Below are positions 1-5,812 of a stretch of 14,203 nucleotides of DNA, piece after piece. This DNA comes from a virus. The stretch lies in IMG/VR virus record IMGVR_UViG_3300045988_123958. One strand, 5' to 3'. Within the stretch, counting starts at the first letter, position 1; every line of letters begins with the position of its first letter. The notes beneath the pieces were generated by a model. It was not told where the DNA came from and searched no databases. It saw only the letters and a program-made list of their open reading frames with translations. A program made the translations under genes and the position numbers.

Positions 1-80
1 TGTGGAAAATTGCGAGAGTGTGGAAAATGTGGAAAATTGCGAGAGTGTGGAAAATGTGGAAAATTGCGAGAGTGTGGTGC
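1..80. repeat. Tandem direct repeat, 27-bp unit tgtggaaaatgtggaaaattgcgagag, about 2.7 copies, truncated by the window edge
   Basis: Exact copies at 19-45 and 46-72, partial copy 1-18. No stop codon in any frame. Period 27 = 9 codons, so it could be the coding repeat of a plus-strand gene ending at 97-99 (frame 1 gives a CGKC/CxxC-rich peptide), or non-coding iterons. Confidence 0.6.
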
Positions 81-135
81 CGATCGGTTTAATTAAACCA
101 CCAACACATTTTCCTCGTTTCCGATCTTCGAACCT

Positions 136-172
136 AAAAAAAAGAGAGACTTTTTTCAGTCTCTCTTTTTTC
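136..172. terminator. Bidirectional intrinsic terminator (A8, 10-bp stem aagagagact/agtctctctt, T6)
   Basis: Perfect 10-bp stem flanked by an A-run upstream and a T-run downstream. It serves the minus gene ending at 239 and any plus-strand transcript entering from the left. Confidence 0.7.
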
Positions 173-238
173 ATATTAGGCAATTCTTGGTGAAATTGTC
201 GATTCTTAGGATGAAAAATATCTCACCCGACACATTGT

Positions 239-616
239 TCACTTATTGATGAAAGTATTCAAAAATTCGGCAATTACATCATCATCAGTTCTCTTGACCT
301 TCTTAACCTTTACCTTCTCACTCTTGGGAAAAAGCACGTCGAGAAGACCATTAACCCCGGTCATAAGACCGTAGACCTCAGCAAAGATATTCTCCACATC
401 AGACGCGGTCAATGCGGAATCCTTGCAACCATTAAGAGCGGCATACTCGTTAATCCGATCGGCGATTTCCTGCGCGAGCGCGGTCTTTCGATCGGCCTGC
501 TTGGTTTCCTTCTCCACCTGCTTAACCGCATCATTCAGAGACTTAGTCATTTCGTCCGCAATAACCTGAGCGTCCTCACCATTTTTTAGACGAGCAATAA
601 TATCATTCATATCCAT
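239..616 (-). CDS. hypothetical protein (125 aa, MDMNDIIARLKNGEDAQ...)
   Basis: ORF-track ORF 239..697 trimmed to the first ATG with an SD (AAAGAGGT, 6 nt, ATG). The upstream 27 codons read through the promoter. Consensus promoter at 648-676. Confidence 0.6.
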   Translation of the reverse strand: MDMNDIIARLKNGEDAQVIADEMTKSLNDAVKQVEKETKQADRKTALAQEIADRINEYAALNGCKDSALTASDVENIFAEVYGLMTGVNGLLDVLFPKSEKVKVKKVKRTDDDVIAEFLNTFINK

Positions 617-647
617 ATGAATACCTCTTTTCTTATTTTCTATATAT

Positions 648-676
648 ATTATATACTTTTTTTTTAAAAATGTCAA
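648..676 (-). promoter_or_regulatory. sigma-A-type promoter, TTGACA-17-TATAAT
   Basis: rc of 671-676 = TTGACA; rc of 648-653 = TATAAT; 17-bp AT-rich spacer. Confidence 0.65.
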
Positions 677-786
677 GATTTTTTTGGACGAAAACATACG
701 CGTGAAACAATGTAAGGGCGAAGCAATTTTTAATTAATCATAAAGGCATATGATCCTACGCGGGCTTAAAAAAGTCTTTTTTTACC

Positions 787-815
787 ATTATAACATATTT
801 TTTATAAAAAGTCAA
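787..815 (-). promoter_or_regulatory. tandem upstream promoter, TTGACT-17-TATAAT
   Basis: rc of 810-815 = TTGACT; rc of 787-792 = TATAAT. No ORF between it and the next promoter. Confidence 0.45.
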
Positions 816-889
816 TTTTCGGGATTTTTTTGGGCCATATGGAGAGGTGCTAGAAGTATGAAAAATTTTGCATATGGGTATACCGATCG

Positions 890-1015
890 GAAACTCGGGC
901 TGCCCCCCCCAGCCGTAGGCAGCCCGGCCATTATACCACATTTTCCGATCGGTGTCAATAGGCAAAATGTACAAAAAAAATCAGCAGGTTTTAGTTAACC
1001 TGCTGATTGAATATT
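890..1015. promoter_or_regulatory. Cassette copy A: GC hairpin (897-904 / 919-926) + leftward consensus promoter (TATAAT 930-935, TTGACA 953-958) + bidirectional terminator (981-1006)
   Basis: Homologous to the cassettes at 3130, 5660, 7925 and 10330. Shared core ccggccATTATAccaca..N..TGTCAAtaggcaaaat..A-run..hairpin..T-run. Stem gggctgcc/ggcagccc. The plus-strand partner promoter is degenerate here. Confidence 0.6.
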
Positions 1016-1425
1016 TATGCAAGAAATGCGCTTACAATTTCATCGAACACCGTGGGGTTAATGTCCACATTGAAAAAGCGGTCATTCTTTCTAAACGCCT
1101 TGGGGTAGCGTCTAATCAGTTCTGCACGCAACGCGCTTTCCGCGCCCTCGGCGGGGTAGTCTCCGCAAGAACGGATTCGATGAATCTCAACGCGCGTGAT
1201 AGAATATTTTTTCGAGTATTCGCCGATTTCATCACGCAAGCGCCCTACGACGTCTTTCGCGGAAGTGCCTACTTTATTAAATTCAAGTTTGTTGTTGTTG
1301 TAAAACTTGAAAAAGTAAACCGCTTGAACGTCTTTCAGATTCTCGCCACAATTAGGCATAAACTCCATTGAAACGGGCGGTCTACCGTCCTTAAATCGGC
1401 GTAGTTTAACAGTAATTTCTTCCAT
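1015..1425 (-). CDS. hypothetical protein (136 aa, MEEITVKLRRFKDGRPP...)
   Basis: The ORF-track start is a GTG; ATG at 1423-1425 preferred (GAGAGGA, 10 nt, ATG). Preceded by the conserved 27-nt leader element 1447-1473. Terminator 981-1006. Confidence 0.5.
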   Translation of the reverse strand: MEEITVKLRRFKDGRPPVSMEFMPNCGENLKDVQAVYFFKFYNNNKLEFNKVGTSAKDVVGRLRDEIGEYSKKYSITRVEIHRIRSCGDYPAEGAESALRAELIRRYPKAFRKNDRFFNVDINPTVFDEIVSAFLA

Positions 1426-1446
1426 TGGCACAAAATCCTCTCTATT

Positions 1447-1473
1447 GATTGAGGTTTACCATCGTTCTCTCAA
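1447..1473 (-). promoter_or_regulatory. Conserved leader element gattgaggtttaccatcgttctctcaa, copy 1
   Basis: 27/27 nt identical to 4679-4705. 7-bp inverted repeat gattgag/ctcaatc around a 15-nt loop in the DnaQ copy, one mismatch in this copy (gattgag/ctcaacc); sits in the 5' UTR just before the RBS. Confidence 0.55.
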
Positions 1474-1507
1474 CCATTATTTTTTGCACTTTTTGACTTG
1501 TTTTTGG

Positions 1508-1548
1508 GTGAAAAACCGCATTTTTCAGCGGTTTTTCACCCTTTTTTG
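1508..1548 (+). terminator. 13-bp stem-loop ggtgaaaaaccgc/gcggtttttcacc followed by a T-run on the plus strand only
   Basis: Strong hairpin. The U-tract is on the plus-strand side (ttttttgtcagttttt); on the minus strand it is followed by A-rich sequence. Likely a partial terminator or processing site between 1549..1956 and 1015..1425. Confidence 0.4.
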
Positions 1549-1956
1549 TCAGTTTTTGGGCTTTCGCTTCTGAATCAGGGTCAATTCATAGTCATTTTCG
1601 CCCACATGGAACGCAATCATGCGCTCAATGTTCGTGATTTCCACGTTTTCGCACGCATTTTCGCTGTTTTCACGCAAAAAAGTCGCAAGTTCAGCGATAA
1701 TCGAGCGTTTTGTGGGGTTTTCCTTGCGCTGTCGCTTCTCGAATTTATAAGCGGTCGGCGCTTTGCGTGTTCCGGTTTTAGAATACTTGTTAGCTTCTTT
1801 GAGCTTTTCCGCGGACAGGTCAAAGTCTTTGGCGATTCCATGGTCAATGTCATCATCGTCCATGAGAATTTCTTTTGCTTCCTCGGCAGTACAATCCAAC
1901 TTTTTCATCAGATTATCAATCTTTGCCTGAAAGTCTTTTTCACTCATTTTAGGCAT
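1549..1956 (-). CDS. hypothetical protein (135 aa)
   Basis: RBS GAAAGGGGG, 8 nt, ATG. Promoter 1981-2009 (TTGACA-17-TTATAAT). Confidence 0.6.
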   Translation of the reverse strand: MPKMSEKDFQAKIDNLMKKLDCTAEEAKEILMDDDDIDHGIAKDFDLSAEKLKEANKYSKTGTRKAPTAYKFEKRQRKENPTKRSIIAELATFLRENSENACENVEITNIERMIAFHVGENDYELTLIQKRKPKN

Positions 1957-1980
1957 TTCTTTTGCCCCCTTTCAAGTATG

Positions 1981-2009
1981 ATTATAACACCGCCGTCAGC
2001 AAATGTCAA
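1981..2009 (-). promoter_or_regulatory. sigma-A-type promoter, TTGACA-17-TATAAT
   Basis: rc of 2004-2009 = TTGACA; rc of 1981-1986 = TATAAT. Confidence 0.6.
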
Positions 2010-2019
2010 GAGAAATTTT

Positions 2020-2052
2020 TGGGAGCGCCTGATTTTTTTCAGGCGCTCCCCT
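2020..2052 (-). other. 3' stem-loop (11-bp stem gggagcgcctg/caggcgctccc, A7/T7 loop) after paralog A
   Basis: No U-tract on either side, so not a classical intrinsic terminator. Structurally equivalent to the hairpin at 4757-4790 after paralog B, with different sequence. Confidence 0.5.
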
Positions 2053-2055
2053 GAA

Positions 2056-2433
2056 TCAGTGGGCGAGACGGAAGTAGGACTTGCGCTTGTCCACAATCTT
2101 CTCGACGCCGTTCGCTTCAATCATCTGACGCAGAAGAGCGGAAACGCGCTGGTTGGTGAGGTCGCCCAGACCGTCCACATTCTTGATGAGGTCAGTCACG
2201 GTGTAGAGCTTGTCGGGGTTTGCGGTCATCTCAGCAAAGATAATGTCCTTATAGCCGTCGTTGGCAACCTGATTCGCGGTCGGCTTCTTGTCGCCCGCGT
2301 TCTTCTTGGCGAGCAGTTCAATCTCGTGATTGATAAACTCAACCATGGCGGGGTCAGCCTGAACCTCGGACAGTTTGAGCAGAGCCTCGAAACGGTCGCG
2401 CTTGGTGAGCTTCTTAACAGTAGAAGTAGACAT
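2056..2433 (-). CDS. hypothetical protein, paralog A (125 aa; C-terminus NQRVSALLRQMIEANGVEKIVDKRKSYF looks like a winged helix)
   Basis: RBS AAAGGAATTGATACT-ATG. Roughly 70% identical to 4795..5169. Promoter 2484-2512 (TTGACA-17-TATACT with TG). Confidence 0.65.
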   Translation of the reverse strand: MSTSTVKKLTKRDRFEALLKLSEVQADPAMVEFINHEIELLAKKNAGDKKPTANQVANDGYKDIIFAEMTANPDKLYTVTDLIKNVDGLGDLTNQRVSALLRQMIEANGVEKIVDKRKSYFRLAH

Positions 2434-2483
2434 AGTATCAATTCCTTTCTTTGGCGGTAGGTCGCTACCCTTTTGATATATTG

Positions 2484-2512
2484 AGTATACCACATTTTAG
2501 AGTGCTTGTCAA
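2484..2512 (-). promoter_or_regulatory. sigma-A-type promoter, TTGACA-17-TGGTATACT
   Basis: rc of 2507-2512 = TTGACA; rc of 2484-2489 = TATACT. Confidence 0.6.
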
Positions 2513-2722
2513 GAGGTTTCGCAAACTTTTCACACGAATTACTACCCCGACCTGACGGATAATTTATTGTTTGTTGATTCAATCTATTTGTCAGCGGAAA
2601 ACCGCGTCAAGGATAGTTGGTTCAATCAAACTCACTTTCGCGTTCAACGTTTGGCTTTACAACGTGGTGTATTATGTTTTCTTCCTGTACTTTCTCAAGG
2701 TCGCGCGCCCTTGGATTTCTTG

Positions 2723-2780
2723 GGCTACTCCCTCTTGACATTTTCTATTGTAGCACACTCGCTGGGATTTGTCAAGAGGT
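2723..2780 (-). promoter_or_regulatory. Promoter-only module 1: inverted repeat CCTCTTGACA-N-TGTCAAGAGG enclosing TTGACA(2770-2775)-17-TACAAT(2747-2752)
   Basis: Consensus promoter whose transcript begins AAAAUGUCAAGAGGGAG. No SD-led ORF for about 200 nt. Confidence 0.5.
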
Positions 2781-2915
2781 TTTCAAGAAAAAACTCATGA
2801 ATTTTTTCTTTTATCCCGTGCGTTCCGCTCCGAAGAGACCTTAACGTAATAGGTGAACGGTCTATTGCTACTTCCAACCGTAGCCCCACACCGACCTGTG
2901 GCTCAGGGGTTTCCC

Positions 2916-2963
2916 TCTTGACATTATTTATTGTAGCACTTTTCGCGCCACTTGTCAAGAGGG
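2916..2963 (-). promoter_or_regulatory. Promoter-only module 2: CCCTCTTGACA-N29-TGTCAAGAGGG, TTGACA(2953-2958)-17-TACAAT(2930-2935)
   Basis: Same architecture as module 1. A third, degenerate copy lies at 3040-3075. Confidence 0.5.
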
Positions 2964-3134
2964 AATTTCAAATTTCTTTGAAATTTTTTTTGGCTTAATC
3001 CTGATAGGAGCGACCCATCATTGAGCCATTCCCCTCTTGACATTATCCATTATAACAGATTGCCCACGGATTACAATTGACAAAATAACCAAATTACGGG
3101 AAAAAATTTTCTTCACTTTTGTGCAACTTTTCTC

Positions 3135-3163
3135 TTGACAAAATTGGCGGGGCGTGATATAAT
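3135..3163 (+). promoter_or_regulatory. Cassette B plus-strand promoter, TTGACA-17-TATAATGG, convergent with the minus promoter at 3202-3230
   Basis: Exact -35 and -10 hexamers at 17-bp spacing. Predicted transcript about 110 nt, from the hairpin at 3172-3198 to the terminator at 3253-3276. Confidence 0.5.
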
Positions 3164-3201
3164 GGTGAATTCGGCCCGCTTTGGGCGTTAGCGGGCCGGC
3201 C

Positions 3202-3230
3202 ATTTTATCACAAAAATTCACGTTTGTCAA
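3202..3230 (-). promoter_or_regulatory. Cassette B minus-strand promoter, TTGACA-17-TGaTAAAAT; transcript starts in the GC hairpin
   Basis: rc of 3225-3230 = TTGACA; rc of 3202-3207 = TAAAAT. Confidence 0.55.
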
Positions 3231-3244
3231 TAGGTAAAATAGAC

Positions 3245-3280
3245 AAAAAAAACTGCCCATTTTTGGGCAGTTTTTTATTT
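3245..3280. terminator. Bidirectional intrinsic terminator (A8, ctgccca/tgggcag, T6)
   Basis: Terminates minus gene 3279..3518 and the predicted plus-strand RNA. Confidence 0.7.
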
Positions 3281-3518
3281 AGTCCAGCAAGTTAATTTCG
3301 CCGGGAATTCTGAAAGAATCCGCGTCCAGCGTGGAATTATAGTCCTCGGTAAAGAGTTCAATCATTCCACATTCCATGATGTAATTCTGAACCGACCGCT
3401 GAACGTTTCTCCAAAGGTCAGTCTTTCGGCTTTCTGCACGGGCTTCCTTGACTTCCTTTATTTGGGCAATGAGTTCGTCCAATTCCTCGGTTGTCATGTA
3501 AGTGAAATCCAAATCCAT
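3279..3518 (-). CDS. hypothetical protein (79 aa), translationally coupled to 3521..3799
   Basis: The ATG lies 4 nt after the upstream TGA (GGAGAGTTTTGAAAATG), and the upstream stop is embedded in the SD. Confidence 0.55.
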   Translation of the reverse strand: MDLDFTYMTTEELDELIAQIKEVKEARAESRKTDLWRNVQRSVQNYIMECGMIELFTEDYNSTLDADSFRIPGEINLLD

Positions 3519-3520
3519 TT

Positions 3521-3799
3521 TCAAAACTCTCCTTTAATGGCTTCTTTCCACGCGTCCCAGCCGAACTTTTCCTTGCTATCCAGCTCCTTGCCAATGTCTT
3601 TTGCGGTCAGCAGGTCAAATTCGTCCGCAATTTCATCTTCAAAGTTTACCCAAGAGTCGTAAGTCTGAATAATGAGAACCTCGTCAGCTTCAAAGACGCC
3701 ACCACACTCGGCGCAGATAATATAGTCATGGTCGATTAAAATGCCCATGTGAGGGTCATTGTCATCAGGGACTACAAAAAGGACTTGTTTAGCAGTCAT
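3521..3799 (-). CDS. hypothetical protein (92 aa, one CxxC pair)
   Basis: Second ATG chosen (AAAGAGGTG, 6 nt, ATG). The first ATG lies in the conserved leader ACATCAAATGAAAG and has no SD. Promoter 3829-3857. Confidence 0.55.
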   Translation of the reverse strand: MTAKQVLFVVPDDNDPHMGILIDHDYIICAECGGVFEADEVLIIQTYDSWVNFEDEIADEFDLLTAKDIGKELDSKEKFGWDAWKEAIKGEF

Positions 3800-3828
3800 G
3801 TAAAACACCTCTTTCATTTGATGTATTA

Positions 3829-3857
3829 ATTATACCATAGGGAATAGGATTTGTCAA
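3829..3857 (-). promoter_or_regulatory. sigma-A-type promoter, TTGACA-17-TGGTATAAT; the -35 sits inside the inverted repeat gggaatagg/cctattccc
   Basis: rc of 3852-3857 = TTGACA; rc of 3829-3834 = TATAAT. Confidence 0.65.
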
Positions 3858-3876
3858 GCCCTATTCCCTATTTTTT

Positions 3877-4653
3877 TTAGCTCATGTTTATCATAGGATT
3901 TTCCTTAATGTTTCGCATGAGCGCACGCTGAAATTCGGTAGGCTTGGGACGTTCCACCGTGGGGGTTTTGAAAAGGGACTTTTCCATTTCCTTGTGCTGT
4001 CGGACGCAATAGCGCAGAATCTCAACTTCAATCAGAACGTCTTCAAGTCCCGTGTGGGATTCATCAAAGCTATCTTCACCGCTGATAAAGCGATAGAGAA
4101 TTTCTGCGGTAAAACGGAGCTGTCCGTTCTTGGTCTTGTAACCGTTCTTTTCGCAATAGTCGCGGTAAGTGGGCATTTTGCCCATAACCTGTCGCGCCAT
4201 TCGCAACGTGTCCCAAACTTCAAGGCCGTAGGGGAAGAAATAGCGATACTTGCTTTTCGTGTCCCATCTTTGCGCGTTATTACAGGCGTTAAGGTCGAAC
4301 CGCATATTGTGAGCGCAGACAAAAGAACAGTTATAACGCTCGACACATTCGCAGAACGCAAGACGAATTTCATAAAGGTCAGCCATAATGCGCGAACCGT
4401 TCTTAATATCCTCGATATAGCGGGGAATCTTGTCGGCGTAGTAGGCAGACCGCATGAGGTCGCGCTCGTAGCAGAAAATGTCGCGATTCACAAAAGAATG
4501 AGTTTCATAAACATTTCCCTTGGAATCAATGACCGCCCAACCAAAGTCGTAGGGAAGCACATTTGACATATCCAGCTTATCGCCGTCCTGAATGGTGTTT
4601 GCGGTTTCCGTGTCCAGCATAATACCGTAGTTTCTGCGCCTATCAATACCCAT
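3877..4653 (-). CDS. DEDDh-family 3'-5' exonuclease (DnaQ / RNase T-like)
   Basis: Exo I MLDTETAN, Exo II CAHNMRFDLNA, Exo III ESHTGLEDVLIEV (His...Asp). RBS TAGGAGACGATAAA-ATG. 258 aa. Confidence 0.75.
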   Translation of the reverse strand: MGIDRRRNYGIMLDTETANTIQDGDKLDMSNVLPYDFGWAVIDSKGNVYETHSFVNRDIFCYERDLMRSAYYADKIPRYIEDIKNGSRIMADLYEIRLAFCECVERYNCSFVCAHNMRFDLNACNNAQRWDTKSKYRYFFPYGLEVWDTLRMARQVMGKMPTYRDYCEKNGYKTKNGQLRFTAEILYRFISGEDSFDESHTGLEDVLIEVEILRYCVRQHKEMEKSLFKTPTVERPKPTEFQRALMRNIKENPMINMS

Positions 4654-4678
4654 TTTATCGTCTCCTATTGGAAAAGTA

Positions 4679-4705
4679 GATTGAGGTTTACCATCGTTCT
4701 CTCAA
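4679..4705 (-). promoter_or_regulatory. Conserved leader element, copy 2 (identical 27 nt), at the 5' end of the exonuclease mRNA
   Basis: Lies between the promoter's -10 (4717-4722) and the RBS. Identical to 1447-1473. Confidence 0.55.
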
Positions 4706-4716
4706 TCTCTGATAAT

Positions 4717-4745
4717 AGTATAGCACTTTGCTATTGGTTTGTCAA
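4717..4745 (-). promoter_or_regulatory. sigma-A-type promoter, TTGACA-17-TATACT
   Basis: rc of 4740-4745 = TTGACA; rc of 4717-4722 = TATACT. Confidence 0.6.
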
Positions 4746-4756
4746 CAGTTTTTTTG

Positions 4757-4790
4757 TAGGGCAGGGGATTTTTTTTGTCCCCTGCCCTTT
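4757..4790 (-). other. 3' stem-loop (gggcagggga/tcccctgccc, T8 loop) after paralog B
   Basis: Same position and shape as 2020-2052 but different sequence. The U-tract is on the plus-strand side only. Confidence 0.5.
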
Positions 4791-4794
4791 TCCC

Positions 4795-5169
4795 TTACGC
4801 GCGGGAGAAGTAGGACTTGCGCTTGTCAACCGTCTTGACAACCGCGTTGGCTTCAATCATCTGACGCAGAAGAGCGGAAACGCGCTGATTGGAATACTCC
4901 GCAAGCTCGGGAACGCCCTTGATGAGGTCGGTCACGGTATACAGCTTGTCAGGGTTTGCGGTCATCTCGTCCAGAATGACCTGCTTCACGGCATCATTCT
5001 CCATCTGCTTGGCCGTGGGCTTCTTGTCGCTCGCGTTCTTCTTGGCGAGCAGTTCAATCTCATGCTCAATGAACGCCACCATATCAGGATTCGCCTGAAC
5101 CTCGCTCATTTTGAGCAGAGCCTCGAAACGGTCGCGCTTGGTGAGCTTCTTAGTAGTAGAAGTAGACAT
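4795..5169 (-). CDS. hypothetical protein, paralog B (124 aa)
   Basis: Same RBS and start context (AGAAAGGAATTGATACT-ATGTCTACTTCTACT) as paralog A. Promoter 5221-5249. Confidence 0.65.
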   Translation of the reverse strand: MSTSTTKKLTKRDRFEALLKMSEVQANPDMVAFIEHEIELLAKKNASDKKPTAKQMENDAVKQVILDEMTANPDKLYTVTDLIKGVPELAEYSNQRVSALLRQMIEANAVVKTVDKRKSYFSRA

Positions 5170-5220
5170 AGTATCAATTCCTTTCTGGTTTTTAAGACTG
5201 TCCTTGTCTTTGATGTAGTT

Positions 5221-5249
5221 ATTATATCATAGGTGGAGCAGGCTGTCAA
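5221..5249 (-). promoter_or_regulatory. sigma-A-type promoter, TTGACA-17-TATAAT
   Basis: rc of 5244-5249 = TTGACA; rc of 5221-5226 = TATAAT. Confidence 0.6.
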
Positions 5250-5364
5250 TAGGTTTTGCAAATTTTTTTAGGGGCGGTCGCGAGGTTTATTACTATACAT
5301 CTTGTTTATACCTACCTTTATCTATAATCATAAATCAATTCATTTTACTAAACCAAATCAGTCT

Positions 5365-5394
5365 TTAAGGCGGTGGACGAGCATCAGAAATCAT
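5365..5394 (-). CDS. 9-codon micro-ORF MISDARPPP-stop with its own SD and promoter (candidate leader peptide)
   Basis: Promoter TTGACA(5447-5452)-17-TATAAT(5424-5429), then GAGAGAGG, 8 nt, ATG. Ends in Pro-Pro-Pro-stop. Confidence 0.25.
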   Translation of the reverse strand: MISDARPPP

Positions 5395-5423
5395 CTTGTT
5401 TACCTCTCTCATTTGATGTATTC

Positions 5424-5452
5424 ATTATACCCTACGTTGAGCGGTTTGTCAA
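5424..5452 (-). promoter_or_regulatory. sigma-A-type promoter, TTGACA-17-TATAAT, driving only the micro-ORF and leader
   Basis: rc of 5447-5452 = TTGACA; rc of 5424-5429 = TATAAT. Confidence 0.55.
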
Positions 5453-5460
5453 GGGGTTTT

Positions 5461-5574
5461 TCAAACTTTTTTGAAAGTTTGTTCGGCACGCCACGCTTGG
5501 AACATTCCGTCGGATTTTGGTATAATGGTCAAGGGAACTGCCTTTCCGCAGGTCTTACTCTTTCCTCCTGACAT
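5461..5574 (-). CDS. possible leaderless small ORF (37 aa, MSGGKSKTCGKAVPLTIIPKSDGMFQAWRAEQTFKKV)
   Basis: ATG 5 nt after the -10 TATACT (5580-5585; -35 TAGACA 5603-5608). No SD. The ORF track extends it upstream through the promoter. Confidence 0.25.
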   Translation of the reverse strand: MSGGKSKTCGKAVPLTIIPKSDGMFQAWRAEQTFKKV

Positions 5575-5666
5575 TATGTAGTATAGCAGATTGGTAATGA
5601 TTTGTCTATTGGCAAAATGACCAAATAACGGGAAAAAATAAAACTGAAATTTGTGCGAAATTTCTC

Positions 5667-5695
5667 TTGACAAAAATGCTGGCGGGGTGTATAAT
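5667..5695 (+). promoter_or_regulatory. Cassette C plus-strand promoter, TTGACA-17-TATAATGG
   Basis: Exact hexamers at 17-bp spacing, convergent with 5734-5762. Confidence 0.5.
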
Positions 5696-5733
5696 GGTAA
5701 ATTCCGGCCGTAGCGCGCGGAAACGGCCGGCCA

Positions 5734-5762
5734 ATTTTATCACATTTAGATGGTTTTGTCAA
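5734..5762 (-). promoter_or_regulatory. Cassette C minus-strand promoter, TTGACA-17-TAAAAT
   Basis: rc of 5757-5762 = TTGACA; rc of 5734-5739 = TAAAAT. Confidence 0.55.
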
Positions 5763-5780
5763 TAGTCAAAGTAAACAAAA

Positions 5781-5812
5781 AAATCTCCCCACTTTTGGGG
5801 AGATTTTCTTTT
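5781..5812. terminator. Bidirectional intrinsic terminator (atctcccca/tggggagat)
   Basis: A-run before, T-run after. Abuts the stop of 5811..6068. Confidence 0.7.

Larger units (their letters stand above)
3164..3280 (+). ncRNA. Predicted ~110-nt plus-strand RNA (5' GC hairpin cggcccgc/gcgggccg, 3' terminator hairpin), antisense to the start of the leftward transcript
   Basis: Consensus promoter immediately upstream and an intrinsic terminator (ctgccca/tgggcag + T6) downstream. No ORF. Same arrangement at 5696-5812 and 7959-8082. Confidence 0.4.
5696..5812 (+). ncRNA. Predicted ~115-nt plus-strand RNA (hairpin ccggccg/cggccgg 5704-5730; terminator 5783-5804)
   Basis: Same architecture as 3164-3280. 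The stem sequence differs from copy B with base-pairing preserved. Confidence 0.4.

Noticed and set aside
2-193. 63-aa plus ORF as a complete gene
   Set aside because: It reads straight through a perfect intrinsic terminator at 136-172. Only the repeat part (up to the frame-1 TAA at 97-99) could be coding, and only as the 3' end of a gene lying outside the window.
239-697. Long N-terminal extensions in several ORF-track calls (239..697, 2056..2493, 3521..3817, 5811..6086, 9274..9744, 10767..10988, 11666..12001, 12086..12499, 13110..13538)
   Set aside because: The extra codons translate the -10/-35 and leader of each gene's own promoter. An internal ATG with a correctly spaced strong SD was preferred in each case.
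1498-2460. 320-aa plus-strand ORF
   Set aside because: Antisense to two minus genes that have promoters and SDs. No SD or promoter of its own. Its conserved stretch (LVARVLLGEQFNL...) is just the antisense of the paralog genes and recurs in the plus-strand ORF 4681..5232 for the same reason.
3018-3260. Minus ORFs over the cassettes (3018..3260, 5574..5762, 7631..7996, 10201..10473) and plus MSIGK... ORFs (952..1371, 8017..8577, 10286..10483)
   Set aside because: Their apparent similarity (HHYITPRQFCQEK, FSRNLVIL, MSIGK) is the translation of conserved promoter DNA (TGTCAATAGGCAAAAT, TTGACAAAA) in shifting frames. None has an SD.
3994-4566. Plus ORF (190 aa) and minus ORF 4032..4373 inside the exonuclease gene
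   Set aside because: Fully nested in or antisense to the DEDDh exonuclease CDS, which has clear catalytic motifs. No start signals.
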